Assembly (NCBI GenBank): GCA_025355345.1
Contig: JANXZU010000098.1
Location: 960-64,959, forward strand
Source of the DNA: Syntrophaceae bacterium
GTDB lineage: Bacteria > Desulfobacterota > Syntrophia > Syntrophales > Smithellaceae
Reading direction: 5' to 3'
Length of the DNA stretch: 64,000 nucleotides
Made by a program: the position numbers and the translations under genes. Of the stretch, positions 52,946-63,235 are shown piece after piece (the first letter of the stretch is position 1; every line of letters begins with the position of its first letter). The notes beneath the pieces were generated by a model that saw nothing but the letters and a program-made list of their open reading frames with translations, was not told the origin of the DNA and did no database searches.

Positions 52946-53506
52946 ATGAACAAGGAATTTATTGAAATCCGCTGGCATGGACGTGGCGGTCAGGGCGCAA
53001 TAACGGCAGCAAAGATTGTTGCTGCAGCTGCCTTCGTCTCAGGCTATGCCGGGGTTGTCATGGCGCCAAGCTTTGGCACAGAGCGCAGAGGCGCACCGGT
53101 CATGACATCCCTGAAAATATCCAGAGAAAAAATTTATGATTTGTCACCAATCGAGACACCGGACATAATTGTAGTTCTTGACCACCTGCTTTTAAACGAG
53201 TCGGATGTAACCTGTGGCCTGAAACCTGGTGGGATAATCGTTCTGAACACACCAAATGCTGTTGAATCTTACAAATTTATTAATTACAGGATGGCAATCG
53301 CAGATATTACGGCCATATCTGTTGAAGCAGGTCTGCCACATGGCATGGTAAATACAGGGATAATCGGATCGCTGGAGAGGGCCACAAGCCTTCTGGGAAT
53401 GGATATCCTGATAAAAGGTATTGAAGAGGAGTTTAGTTCAAGAAGACCCCAAAATAATTCATCGGCTGCAAAGATTGCTTTTGAAAGAACTGTGGCGAGA
53501 GGTTGA
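52946..53506 (+). CDS. 2-oxoacid:ferredoxin oxidoreductase, gamma subunit
   Basis: IRWHGRGGQGAITAAKI motif in a 186-aa ORF. It is the first gene of a gamma-delta-alpha-beta operon. Substrate (pyruvate, 2-ketoisovalerate or another 2-oxoacid) is not assignable by eye. Confidence 0.85.
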   Translation: MNKEFIEIRWHGRGGQGAITAAKIVAAAAFVSGYAGVVMAPSFGTERRGAPVMTSLKISREKIYDLSPIETPDIIVVLDHLLLNESDVTCGLKPGGIIVLNTPNAVESYKFINYRMAIADITAISVEAGLPHGMVNTGIIGSLERATSLLGMDILIKGIEEEFSSRRPQNNSSAAKIAFERTVARG

Positions 53507-53507
53507 A

Positions 53508-53822
53508 ATGGGCACTAGAAATTACAGAAGAAAAACTTCACACAGTGAACACGGGCCGGGTGACGGCGGAAGAACCGGGGCATGGAGGGTGGAGCGGCCG
53601 GTATTGGATAAAAACCTCTGCATCCCTTGTAAACGCAATACAGAGGCCTGCTTCATCTGCTGGCTGTTTTGTCCGGAGATTGTCATCTCCAGGACGATAC
53701 CGCCGAAAATTGATCTGGAATATTGCAAGGGATGTGGCATTTGCGCTGAAGAATGTCCGACCAAGGCCATAACCATGGTTGACGAAGCAAAGTTCTCAGA
53801 TGAAGATAAGGACGAGGAGTAA
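53508..53822 (+). CDS. 2-oxoacid:ferredoxin oxidoreductase, delta (ferredoxin-like) subunit
   Basis: ATG 53508 lies 2 nt after the gamma subunit's stop. Cys motifs CIPC...CFICWLFCP and CKGCGICAEECP. The track start 53421 overlaps the gamma gene. Confidence 0.8.
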   Translation: MGTRNYRRKTSHSEHGPGDGGRTGAWRVERPVLDKNLCIPCKRNTEACFICWLFCPEIVISRTIPPKIDLEYCKGCGICAEECPTKAITMVDEAKFSDEDKDEE

Positions 53823-53827
53823 ACGCA

Positions 53828-55027
53828 ATGCATATTATAGAAAATGGAAACGTTGCGGCAGCTCTGGGAGTCTTGCTTTGTCGTGCCAATGTCATCGCCG
53901 CCTATCCCATAACCCCGCAGACCCCACTTACAGAAAAACTTTCCGAGTATGTTGAATCAGGTGAAATGAAGGCCGAATACATACCTGTTGAGAGCGAACA
54001 TTCCGCGCTTGCCGTTTGCATTGCCGCATCATCGGCCGGCGCGAGGGCTTTTACCGCAACTAGCGCCAACGGGCTTCTTTACATGCATGAACAGGTTCAG
54101 TGGGCAGCCGGCGCAAGGCTTCCTCTTGTGATGTGTGTCGTCAACAGGGCGGTAGGCGCACCATGGAATGTTTGGAATGACCAGCAGGATTCGATTTCAC
54201 AGCGTGATACCGGCTGGATACAGATGTATTGCTGTGACCACCAGCAGATAATCGATTCAGTCATCAAAGCTTACTGGCTTGCAGAGAAGGTAAGTATCCC
54301 GATCATGGTTTGTTATGACGGATATATTCTTTCTCACACGTACATGCCGTTTGAAGTGCCGGATCAGGAAAAGGTCGATGCCTTTTTGCCGCCATTTCGG
54401 CCGGACTATGCACTTAACCATGAGGAACCAGCAAATCTTAATACCGTGACTCTACCTGACGTACGCATGGATGTCCGTGGTGAGATTGCTCACGGATATA
54501 TGGAAATTAGATATCTGCTTCAGGAGGAAATGCGGACATCGCTTACAGTCGTGGCTGAGGCGGAAAAAAGGTTTACCGATATATTTGGCAGAGGCGGCGA
54601 TCCGTTTATCGAACCTTATCTTTGTGATGACGCGGAATATATTGCTGTAGGTTTGGGTTCTCTAACCTATCAATTGCGGGTTTCTGTTGATGTCTTGAGA
54701 AAAGAAGGAATCATGGTGGGTGTCATGGGTATTCGCTTTTACAGACCTTTTCCTGATGTGGCCATTGCCAATGCGCTAAAAGGGAAAAAAGGCGTGATCG
54801 TTTTTGAAAAGGCGCTGAGCTACGGTTATGAAGGCGCGCTGGTATCTGATTTAAAGTCTGCGCTTTATGAACACCTTGCAGGAACAGGTGCGTTGCCGGT
54901 TGTCCAGAATTTTATTTTGGGAATAGGTGGCCGCGATATTCGAACTGAAGATTTGACACAAACCCTCCGGGCGGCTACCAAAAGTAGAGTGGCTAAAGAA
55001 CCCGTATGGATAGGACTTAAAATTTAG
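53828..55027 (+). CDS. 2-oxoacid:ferredoxin oxidoreductase, alpha subunit
   Basis: N-terminus GNVAAALGVLLCRANVIAAYPITPQT is typical of PorA/VorA-type alpha subunits. Confidence 0.85.
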   Translation: MHIIENGNVAAALGVLLCRANVIAAYPITPQTPLTEKLSEYVESGEMKAEYIPVESEHSALAVCIAASSAGARAFTATSANGLLYMHEQVQWAAGARLPLVMCVVNRAVGAPWNVWNDQQDSISQRDTGWIQMYCCDHQQIIDSVIKAYWLAEKVSIPIMVCYDGYILSHTYMPFEVPDQEKVDAFLPPFRPDYALNHEEPANLNTVTLPDVRMDVRGEIAHGYMEIRYLLQEEMRTSLTVVAEAEKRFTDIFGRGGDPFIEPYLCDDAEYIAVGLGSLTYQLRVSVDVLRKEGIMVGVMGIRFYRPFPDVAIANALKGKKGVIVFEKALSYGYEGALVSDLKSALYEHLAGTGALPVVQNFILGIGGRDIRTEDLTQTLRAATKSRVAKEPVWIGLKI

Positions 55028-55113
55028 TAAGTTAGGAATTATTTTCTGCTCTTTTCTACACAGCGAGGGGGTAATGTAAAAAGCGGCGGAAAATAATTTC
55101 GTTAACGCATTAG

Positions 55114-55151
55114 TAAGTTGAATTTGCTTTCCATAGAAAGCAAATTACTTA
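55114..55151. repeat. Hairpin within the alpha-beta intergenic insert
   Basis: TAAGTTGAATTTGCTTTC-CATA-GAAAGCAAATTACTTA, a bulged stem that shares the AAGT..GCTTTC core with the REP-like hairpins. Confidence 0.6.
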
Positions 55152-55208
55152 ACGCACTTATCCCGCATGGGCGGGACTTATCCCGTTTATCGGGAATAGG
55201 AGAATCAA

Positions 55209-56111
55209 ATGCAGGCAAAGACAACTATTTTAAGCTTACCAACGGAAGAATTTGTCCATCCAGGGACAAGGGCTTGCACAGGTTGTGGCCTGGCTATTGC
55301 CTACCGCGTTGGTCTTAAGGCCATGGGGAAAGACACAATCCTTGTTGTGCCTCCCAGCTGTCTTACCGTATTGCAAGGGCTCTTTCCGATTGCCTCGACA
55401 AAGCTTGCCTGCCTGAATGTGACGTTTGCATCCACAGCGGCCGCAGCCTCCGGAATTCTGGCAGCACTTAAAGTTCAAGGAAAAGATAAAATCAAGGTGG
55501 TTGCATGGGCGGGTGATGGCGGAACAAGCGATATAGGCCTGCAGGCTTTATCGGGTGCCGCAGAACGAGGCGAGAATTTCATCTATCTGTGCTATGACAA
55601 TGAAGGATACATGAATACCGGCGTTCAGCGATCAGGCACAACCCCAATCGGTGCGCTGACAGCAAACACACCGTTCAAGGGAAAGCTGCAACAAAAAAAA
55701 GATGTGCCGGCAATAATGGCGGCGCATAACTTAAGCTATATTGCCACATGTTCTGCCGCATACCCTCTTGATCTTTTTGACAAGATAAGAAAGTGCGTTG
55801 ATATGCCGGGTACCAAGTATTTCCATATACATATTCCCTGCCCGCCTGGTTGGGGATATGATCCGAAATACGGTATAAAGATTGGCCGGCTTGCCGTGGA
55901 AACCGGATACTATGACCTCTACGAAATTGTTAATGGTGAGTTCAAACTTACCGCTGCATCCGAAAAGCTGGTTGAAAAACGCAAACTCAAACCTGTTCGT
56001 GAATATTTCCGTTCGCAGTCACGGTTCAGGATTATTACAGATGAGCAGATTGCAGACATCCAGAATTCGATCGATGCGAAGTGGGCAACTTATTATAAAA
56101 AGGACGAGTAA
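55209..56111 (+). CDS. 2-oxoacid:ferredoxin oxidoreductase, beta (TPP-binding) subunit
   Basis: CTGCGLAI near the N-terminus and the TPP motif WAGDGGTSDIG...CYDNEGYMNTG. RBS 'aggag' lies upstream. Confidence 0.85.
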   Translation: MQAKTTILSLPTEEFVHPGTRACTGCGLAIAYRVGLKAMGKDTILVVPPSCLTVLQGLFPIASTKLACLNVTFASTAAAASGILAALKVQGKDKIKVVAWAGDGGTSDIGLQALSGAAERGENFIYLCYDNEGYMNTGVQRSGTTPIGALTANTPFKGKLQQKKDVPAIMAAHNLSYIATCSAAYPLDLFDKIRKCVDMPGTKYFHIHIPCPPGWGYDPKYGIKIGRLAVETGYYDLYEIVNGEFKLTAASEKLVEKRKLKPVREYFRSQSRFRIITDEQIADIQNSIDAKWATYYKKDE

Positions 56112-56174
56112 TCCATCAATTCTGTTATTACGCGGCTTTGTGGCTGTCGAATTCTCGGGGGAGGGAGATATTTT

Positions 56175-56747
56175 ATGAAAGTGTTCGCTTTAAACGCCAG
56201 TGCTCGCAAAGATGGTAATACTGCCATACTGTTGGGCACAGTTTTAGATGAGCTTAAAAATGAGGGCATGGAAACAGAACTTATTCAACTTGGTGGAAAG
56301 ACGATCAATGGCTGTCGGGCATGCTACAAGTGCATGGAGAATGTGGATAAGCACTGTGTGGTCAAATCTGATATGCTCAATGAAATTATGGATAAGATGG
56401 TTGAGGCCGACGGTATTCTGCTGGGATCGCCTACTTATTTCTCTGATGTCACGGCTAATATGCGGGCGGTAATCGAGCGCTGCGGATTTGTCGCGCGGGC
56501 AAACGGTTACATGTTGAAGCGTAAAGTAGGAGCAAGTGTTGTTGCCGTGCGTCGCGCCGGGGCCATTCCCGCTTTTTCCGGCATGAATTTATTCCTGCAT
56601 TATATGCAGATGGTCATGCCCGGTTCCAGCTACTGGAGTCTCGGTGTCGGCAGGGATATTGGGGAAGTTCTTCAGGATGAAGAAGGGCTGCAGACCATGA
56701 AAACTCTGGGGCAAAATATGGCCTGGTTACTCAAAAAACTTAATTAA
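56175..56747 (+). CDS. Iron-sulfur flavoprotein (second paralogue)
   Basis: MKVFALNASARKDGNT N-terminus and the compact Cys motif GCRACYKCMENVDKHC. Confidence 0.75.
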   Translation: MKVFALNASARKDGNTAILLGTVLDELKNEGMETELIQLGGKTINGCRACYKCMENVDKHCVVKSDMLNEIMDKMVEADGILLGSPTYFSDVTANMRAVIERCGFVARANGYMLKRKVGASVVAVRRAGAIPAFSGMNLFLHYMQMVMPGSSYWSLGVGRDIGEVLQDEEGLQTMKTLGQNMAWLLKKLN

Positions 56748-56796
56748 AATGCAACCGTTTTGAAAACGGTAATAAATTCCACATAGGAGGATATAC

Positions 56797-57564
56797 ATGA
56801 GCTACAGCAACATCATTGTTTCCACTAATGATTTTGTAACCACCATTACCCTCAACCGTCCACCCACTAACTCGGTCAACCTTGGCGTCCGTGAGGAGTT
56901 ATTTCAGGCTGTAACCGAGCTGGAAAAAAGCAAGGAAACCAGAGTCGTTATCATTACCGGAGCCGGTGAAAAAGGTTTTTGCGCTGGCATGGATCTTTCA
57001 GATGTGGCCAATATTAGTAATGGCCCTAACGGCAACACCATTATGAATGCCATATCGCGGTCACGAAAACCGTATATTGCTGCCATCAACGGTTACGCGC
57101 TCGGTGGCGGCTGCGAAACAGCACTGGCCTGCCATTTCCGCTTGATGACAGATAATCCCAAAGCGTTGATCGGCCTTCCGGAAGTCAATCTTGGTATCAC
57201 ACCCGGCTGGGGAGGTGTTCAGCGTATGCCGAGACTTTTGGGAAAATCCAAAGCTCTAGAGATTATTCTTTTCAGCAAAAGGCTCTCCGCACCGGAAGCT
57301 CTGGCTGTAGGTCTTGTAGATAAAGTATGCCCCGCGGCTGATTTGATGAAAGAGGCCGAGGCATTTGCAGCGGTACTGGCCAAACGTCCACCGCTGGCAG
57401 TCGCGGCAGTTCTGGACGGAATGAATGTCGGGTTGGATAAGGGCATTGATGAAGGTCTGCGTGTTGATACGGAATGGATAACCAAGCTTGTCATCAGTAA
57501 AGACGCCACGGAAGGCATAACAGCCTTTCTGGAAAAACGCGAAGCGAAATTCATCGGCGAATAA
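56797..57564 (+). CDS. Enoyl-CoA hydratase/isomerase (crotonase) family protein
   Basis: Oxyanion-hole motifs GAGEKGFCAGMDL and GYALGGGCE. Confidence 0.85.
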   Translation: MSYSNIIVSTNDFVTTITLNRPPTNSVNLGVREELFQAVTELEKSKETRVVIITGAGEKGFCAGMDLSDVANISNGPNGNTIMNAISRSRKPYIAAINGYALGGGCETALACHFRLMTDNPKALIGLPEVNLGITPGWGGVQRMPRLLGKSKALEIILFSKRLSAPEALAVGLVDKVCPAADLMKEAEAFAAVLAKRPPLAVAAVLDGMNVGLDKGIDEGLRVDTEWITKLVISKDATEGITAFLEKREAKFIGE

Positions 57565-57641
57565 AAAATAAGATATATTTTATCAAAGGCGCATGACCTG
57601 TGACTCTTTATCCTGTAGAGTTGCCGGTCGGCGCCGTTTTT

Positions 57642-58406
57642 TTATTTCATCCTGCTAAACAAAACGCTTCCCAGCCCAAACATAACTATCGCAAAAATAG
57701 TGATGACAGACAGGTTAACATAAAAGGGGAAAATTTGAACGTTGAGCAACGCGCCTCGAACTCCGTCCACCGCATAGGTTAACGGATTTAGTTTTACCAT
57801 GCCCTGCAGCCAGACAGGAAGCTTATCATCAACAGGAAAGAGAGCTCCGGATAAGAAGAAGAGCGGGAAGACAAGAAAAGATGAAATCACCTGAAATCCT
57901 TCCAGGCTCTCCAGCATTGAACCCAAAGCAAGACCCATTGATACCAGTGCGATGGATGTAATGAGCAGTAACAGTAGCGCCAGTGGAATGCCCCAGGGGT
58001 TCACGGAAGGAAACAAAAAAGAGAAGCAAAACAGTATTAAAACCTGAAGGATGACGTCTGTGCAGCCGCCCAGAACCTTTCCCAAAAATATGCTTAAACG
58101 AGATACCGGCGCCACAAGCACGGCTTTCAGCACATCGAGTTTGCGGTCCCAGACAATATAGAGACCGAAGAAGACCGACCCGAAAAGTACCGACATGGTT
58201 AACACTCCTGGGTAGATGTAGTCCCGGTAGTTGACATCGCTAACACTAATACTCGCGCCTATGCCGCTGCCGAAAAGAAACAGCCACATCAGTGGTTGAA
58301 CAATGCTGGAGATGATTCTGCTTTTTTCGCGCTGAAAGACTTTGAACTCCCGCCACCAGACAGCGTAAATGCCCATCAATTCTTTTTGAAGACGTCGCTC
58401 TCCCAT
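57642..58406 (-). CDS. ABC-2 type transporter permease
   Basis: ATG 58406 (MGERRLQKEL..) lies 4 nt after the ATPase stop. The protein has six TM helices. Confidence 0.75.
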   Translation of the reverse strand: MGERRLQKELMGIYAVWWREFKVFQREKSRIISSIVQPLMWLFLFGSGIGASISVSDVNYRDYIYPGVLTMSVLFGSVFFGLYIVWDRKLDVLKAVLVAPVSRLSIFLGKVLGGCTDVILQVLILFCFSFLFPSVNPWGIPLALLLLLITSIALVSMGLALGSMLESLEGFQVISSFLVFPLFFLSGALFPVDDKLPVWLQGMVKLNPLTYAVDGVRGALLNVQIFPFYVNLSVITIFAIVMFGLGSVLFSRMK

Positions 58407-58410
58407 TTTA

Positions 58411-59388
58411 TCAATTACCTTTCTGTCGGTACCGGGCAACAGAATCAACCCAGCTGCCGGAGTCTTCAGAACCATCTTCCCGGATATCACGTCCGGTCAG
58501 TTTGATAAATACATCACTGAGTGTAGGCACTCTCACCTCCACGCACTCAACATCCCTGAGCATTAAGAGAAGCTCCGCCAGATGCAGATGAGCCTCTTTC
58601 ATCGTTACTTCCAAAGCGCCATCAGAAAAATTTACTGTACTGACATAATGCAACGCTTTGATTCTCTCCACAGGTGGATCTTTGGCCCGAATTACGACCA
58701 GATCTCCGCCCATTGATTCCTTGAGATTATCGGGTGCGTCAATAGCGATTATCCGACCATGATCAATAATCCCCACACGATCACAGACCTGTTCGGCCTC
58801 TTCCATATAATGAGTGGTGAGTACTACTGTGGTCTGTTCCATCTTGGCCATTTTTTTGATGTATTCCCAGGTGCGCGCTCTTGTCTGCGGATCAAGCCCT
58901 AGCGTTGGTTCATCCAAAAAGAGAACAGCCGGTTTATGTAAAAGGCCGCGTGCCAGTTCAAGTCGTCTGCGCATTCCGCCGGAATAGGTGCGGGTTATAT
59001 CATTGCTGCGATCTTTTAAATCAACAAGTTCCAGCATTTCATCAATTCTGTTTTGGCGATAAGCGGCGGAAATGCCATAGAGACGCGCATGCAGTTCAAG
59101 ATTTTCGCGTCCGGTAAGAACGGTATCTAAAGTGGGATCCTGGAAGACAATGCCGACCTTGCGTCTTACCCGGTCAGGCTCTTTGATTACGTTACAACCG
59201 GCGATGAATGCGCTGCCCGAAGTCACATTGATAATAGTGCAGAGCATGCCGATGGTTGTGGTCTTGCCCGCGCCATTGGGGCCGAGCAACCCGAATATTT
59301 CGCCCTTTTCGATATTAAGATCAATACCCCGCACAGCTTGTATCTTGCCATACGTTTTTGTCAGAGACTTAGTTTCTATAATAGCCAT
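58411..59388 (-). CDS. ABC transporter ATP-binding protein (DrrA/ABC-2 type)
   Basis: Walker A GPNGAGKTT, signature YSGGMRRRL and Walker B VLFLDEPT. Confidence 0.9.
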   Translation of the reverse strand: MAIIETKSLTKTYGKIQAVRGIDLNIEKGEIFGLLGPNGAGKTTTIGMLCTIINVTSGSAFIAGCNVIKEPDRVRRKVGIVFQDPTLDTVLTGRENLELHARLYGISAAYRQNRIDEMLELVDLKDRSNDITRTYSGGMRRRLELARGLLHKPAVLFLDEPTLGLDPQTRARTWEYIKKMAKMEQTTVVLTTHYMEEAEQVCDRVGIIDHGRIIAIDAPDNLKESMGGDLVVIRAKDPPVERIKALHYVSTVNFSDGALEVTMKEAHLHLAELLLMLRDVECVEVRVPTLSDVFIKLTGRDIREDGSEDSGSWVDSVARYRQKGN

Positions 59389-59583
59389 ATCTTAAACGAA
59401 TTCCTTTTGGATATTAGATTATTATAAGGAGCAATTGCCTTATTCGTCAAGAACAAAGATGGGATATTGATTATAATAATTTTAAATAGCTTTTGGCAAA
59501 AATAACTGCTAGAAAAACACATTGATACAGTTTTCTATGTAATAATTTGCTGATATAGTAACTATATAAGGAGGAACGTGATA

Positions 59584-61281
59584 ATGGCAGGAGTTGTATC
59601 TTACGCATCGAGGCCTTGGTTGAAGTCCTACGACAAAGGTGTTCCCGAAAAAATTAACTATGAAGAAATTTGTATGCCCGATATTCTGGAGAGGTCGGCT
59701 GCAAAAAATACCAATCGCATGGCCCTGAATTTTCAAGGGTATAACTTATCGTACAAAGCGTTAAAAGATATGGTAGACCGTTTTGCAACTTGCCTTGCCG
59801 ATTTTGGCATCAAAAAAGGTGATTCTGTCGCCATTATATTGCCGAACATGATCCCCTGTGTTGTTGCTTATTATGCTACATTAAAACTGGGTGCCATTGT
59901 TGTTTTAAATAATCCCACTTATACCGATCGTGAACTGGAACACCAACTCAATGATTCCGGATCAAAAATTATTATTACGCTCGATCTTCTGGCCAACAGA
60001 ATGATTGATTTAAGGCCAAAAACAGGCGTTAAACAGATAATATATACGACATTGGGAGATTATCTTCCTTTCCCGAAAAACATTTTGTTTCCACTTGTCG
60101 CCAAGAAGAAAAAGCTTGCCGCTCATGTTAAACCGTCCAATGATGTTTACAAATGGAAGGAATGTATCGCTAAATATCAACCCAATTCACCCAAAGTAAA
60201 GTTAAGCTTCGATGACACAGCAATGTACCAATACACAGGCGGAACTACAGGTGTTTCCAAGGGGGTCATTTTGACTCACGGAAATTTAAGCAAGCAGGTG
60301 CAACAGATCAATGCCTGGTTTCCGATGTTTGCCGATATTGAATATGGCGTCAATCTCGGGGCATTGCCAATCTTCCATGTTTTCGGCATGAGTTGTGCGA
60401 TGAATTTTTCTATTTTCCAGGGATGGGGTGACGTTCTTGTTCCTAGGCCTCAGCCAGAACCGCTTCTGGAAGCCATTCGAAAATGCAAGCCATCTTTTGC
60501 AGCTCTTGTTCCCACCATGTACATCGGCATGCTCAGTCATCCCGATTTGAAGAAAACTGATATGACTTGTCTTAAAGGTTGTTTTTCTGGAAGTGCTCCG
60601 CTGCCGGTTGAAGTTATCCATACTTTTGAGAAAGCTACCGGGGCGGTGATTGTCGAAGGTTTCGGTATGACGGAAACAACGCCGGTTACGCATACCAATC
60701 CGTTCGGTGGTATCCGGAAAATCGGCAGTGTTGGCCTACCACTTTCCGATACCGAATGCCGGATTGTCGATCTGGAAACCGGTGAAAAAGATATGCCTAT
60801 CGGTCAGCCGGGAGAGCTAATTATTCGTGGTCCGCAGGTTACCAAGGGCTATCTAAAAAAACCGGAAGAAACGGCAAACCTGTTGCGCGACGGCTGGTGC
60901 TATACCGGTGATATCGCAACTATGGATGATGACGGATACTTCTATATTGTGGACCGGAAAAAGGATATGATTATTTCGGGTGGGTTCAACGTATATCCAC
61001 GGGACGTTGACGAGGTTTTCTATGAACACGAGAAAGTGCTGGATGCTTGTGCGATAGGCATTCCCGATCCTAAGCGTGGGGAAAATATCAAAGTATTCAT
61101 CGTTTTGAAAAGTGGTGAGACGGCAACTCAATCGGAATTGTTAGAATACGCCAAGACAAAACTTGCCACTTATAAACTGCCTACGGAAATAGAATTCCGT
61201 AAAGAGTTGCCCAAAACAACAGTTGGTAAGATATTACGTAAAGAACTGCGAGCTGAAGAATTGGCTAATAGAAAAAAGTAG
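59584..61281 (+). CDS. fadD: Long-chain fatty acid-CoA ligase (AMP-dependent synthetase)
   Basis: AMP-binding motif YTGGTTGVSKG, plus GYFYIVDRKKD and a C-terminal ..GKILRKEL. ATG 59584 lies 8 nt after 'aaggagga'. Confidence 0.85.
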   Translation: MAGVVSYASRPWLKSYDKGVPEKINYEEICMPDILERSAAKNTNRMALNFQGYNLSYKALKDMVDRFATCLADFGIKKGDSVAIILPNMIPCVVAYYATLKLGAIVVLNNPTYTDRELEHQLNDSGSKIIITLDLLANRMIDLRPKTGVKQIIYTTLGDYLPFPKNILFPLVAKKKKLAAHVKPSNDVYKWKECIAKYQPNSPKVKLSFDDTAMYQYTGGTTGVSKGVILTHGNLSKQVQQINAWFPMFADIEYGVNLGALPIFHVFGMSCAMNFSIFQGWGDVLVPRPQPEPLLEAIRKCKPSFAALVPTMYIGMLSHPDLKKTDMTCLKGCFSGSAPLPVEVIHTFEKATGAVIVEGFGMTETTPVTHTNPFGGIRKIGSVGLPLSDTECRIVDLETGEKDMPIGQPGELIIRGPQVTKGYLKKPEETANLLRDGWCYTGDIATMDDDGYFYIVDRKKDMIISGGFNVYPRDVDEVFYEHEKVLDACAIGIPDPKRGENIKVFIVLKSGETATQSELLEYAKTKLATYKLPTEIEFRKELPKTTVGKILRKELRAEELANRKK

Positions 61282-61344
61282 TCGGAAACCAGCTCAGGCG
61301 AAAACATAATTGATTAACATAAAGATATTTTTACCTGAAAACGC

Positions 61345-63024
61345 GTGAAAAAAAGTATGCCACAAAAAGAGCACAAGACTACCGACCGTAAAGCAAAACA
61401 TATCGAGCTGCTGCGGGATATCGATATATACCGAAACATGGTAGAAGCGACAACCGATTCCATTTATATGATTGATCGCCTTTGCCGTTATATTTATGTT
61501 AACCCGAAACATTGCCAGCGCCTGGGTATTTCCCAGGAAAAGCTCGTGGGCAGTTACTATAAAGATTTTCACTCAGCTGAAGAAACACGCGATTTTTCCG
61601 AGAATGTGAACGAAGTTTTTAAAACAGGATTATCATTTCAGCGAGAGCATCGTTCTGTGCGGGATGGGAACGAATTTCTGCGCACATTCAGCCCGGTACA
61701 GTCATCGGGCGGTGGTGAGGAAGTCACAGCGGTATCCGTCATCTCCAAAAATGTTACGGAATGGAAACGTGCCGAACATCTTTACACCACTCTGGCTGAA
61801 AAATCACCTATTGGCCTTTTTATAATTCAAGACGGTCGTTTTGCCTGGGTGAATCCCCGGTTTGAAGAAAGTGTCGGATATAAAGCCCATGAAATAGTGG
61901 GTTTGCCCTCATTGTCTTTAGTTAAAGAAGACGATCGTGAGCTTGTGAAAATGCGCGCCGTTGCCATGCTTCGTGGTGAAAACATGCTTCCTTATGAATA
62001 CAGGATCACTACCAAAAAGAAGGGCACTTTATGGTATATGGAAACGGTTACATCTATCAAATTCAATGGACGGCGTGCCACTCTTGGCAGCCAGATGGAT
62101 ATCACACGCCAGAAAATGGCGGAGGAAGCCCTGAGGCAAAGTGAGGAACGCTCAACTACAATTATCGATACCATCGCCGATGCCTATTACGAGAATGATC
62201 TGGCAGGAAATACGCTGATGTTCAACGATGCTTTCGTGAAAATGTTTGGTTACACCAGCGAGGAAATGCAAGGGACAAATTATCGGCAATATGCGGATAA
62301 AAAGAACGCTGATATCGCTTTTCGCATTTTTCATCAGGTTTTTAAAACGGGAAAACCTGTAAAAAAGATGGACTGGGAGATCAACACAAGAAAAGGGGAG
62401 AAGAAAAACGTGGAGCTCTCTGTAGCTCTCGTTTACGATGGTCACGGAAAGCCTCAGGGATTTCGCGGAATTATTAGTGATGTTACCGAGCGGCATAAGG
62501 TGGATGAAGTTATACGGCAGCAGGCATTTTATGATTATTCGACGGGTCTTGCCAACCGGACACTCTACTATGACCGTCTGCATATGGCAATTAAGCGAGC
62601 AAAACGGGATAAAAATATGATTGCTGTAATCATCCTTGATCTGGATCGCTTCAAAGAAGTCAATGACAACTGGGGTCACGCAACGGGAGATGCCCTTCTT
62701 AAGGCGGTTGCCCAAAGGCTGCAGGCGATGGTCCGTGATGCCGATACCGTTGCCCGCTATGGAGGCGATGAATTTACCTTTATTCTGCCGTCTATTAATC
62801 TAAAACAAGACGCTTTGCAGATCGCGCGCAAGATTATCAAGTCATTCAGAGAGCCTTTTGTGCTGGATGCCTGCAAACTCTTGGTCACTTCCAGTTTGGG
62901 AATGGCGATCTATCCCACGCACAGCGATGACATTGATACTCTCATGAAAAAAGCCGATATCGCCATGTATCGCGCCAAGACTCGCGGCCGTAACCGGTTT
63001 TGCTGCTGGAGCAATCGGGCATAA
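61345..63024 (+). CDS. PAS-domain diguanylate cyclase (GGDEF)
   Basis: Three PAS-like segments followed by a GGDEF domain with RYGGDEF. GTG start. Confidence 0.85.
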   Translation: MKKSMPQKEHKTTDRKAKHIELLRDIDIYRNMVEATTDSIYMIDRLCRYIYVNPKHCQRLGISQEKLVGSYYKDFHSAEETRDFSENVNEVFKTGLSFQREHRSVRDGNEFLRTFSPVQSSGGGEEVTAVSVISKNVTEWKRAEHLYTTLAEKSPIGLFIIQDGRFAWVNPRFEESVGYKAHEIVGLPSLSLVKEDDRELVKMRAVAMLRGENMLPYEYRITTKKKGTLWYMETVTSIKFNGRRATLGSQMDITRQKMAEEALRQSEERSTTIIDTIADAYYENDLAGNTLMFNDAFVKMFGYTSEEMQGTNYRQYADKKNADIAFRIFHQVFKTGKPVKKMDWEINTRKGEKKNVELSVALVYDGHGKPQGFRGIISDVTERHKVDEVIRQQAFYDYSTGLANRTLYYDRLHMAIKRAKRDKNMIAVIILDLDRFKEVNDNWGHATGDALLKAVAQRLQAMVRDADTVARYGGDEFTFILPSINLKQDALQIARKIIKSFREPFVLDACKLLVTSSLGMAIYPTHSDDIDTLMKKADIAMYRAKTRGRNRFCCWSNRA

Positions 63025-63235
63025 GGTCATGTATAGATCTCAATGGCAATAACTTAATTATTTTGAGAAATATACCGATATGCAAATAAGGCATAGATGA
63101 CCTTGTGTAGTGCTGTTTTTTAACAAACTAAATCAATATTCAATTGTAATTATTTATTTTTCATTTATATTTCAACTTAATTCTGTAGTTATGGAAAGAT
63201 CGCATGAATAACATTTCTAAAGGTAGTCATGATAA

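Noticed and set aside
55118-55318. 66-aa ORF spanning the oxidoreductase alpha-beta gap
   Set aside because: It runs into and overlaps the well-supported beta-subunit start (RBS AGGAG plus ATG 55209) in another frame. It has a TTG start, no RBS and no recognisable protein features.
57590-57650. Terminator between the convergent crotonase and ABC permease genes
   Set aside because: Only a 4-bp GCCG/CGGC stem precedes the T7 run, and the alternative pairing needs a loop of about 40 nt. This is too weak to annotate.
62152-62715. 187-aa minus-strand ORF inside the PAS-GGDEF gene
   Set aside because: It is an antisense shadow ORF of a gene with PAS and GGDEF motifs.
63023-63111. Inverted repeat AAGGTCATGTATA ... 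CATAGATGACCTT after the GGDEF gene as a mobile-element end or terminator
   Set aside because: The arms are short with a mismatch and the loop is about 60 nt. There is no transposase or target-site duplication nearby.
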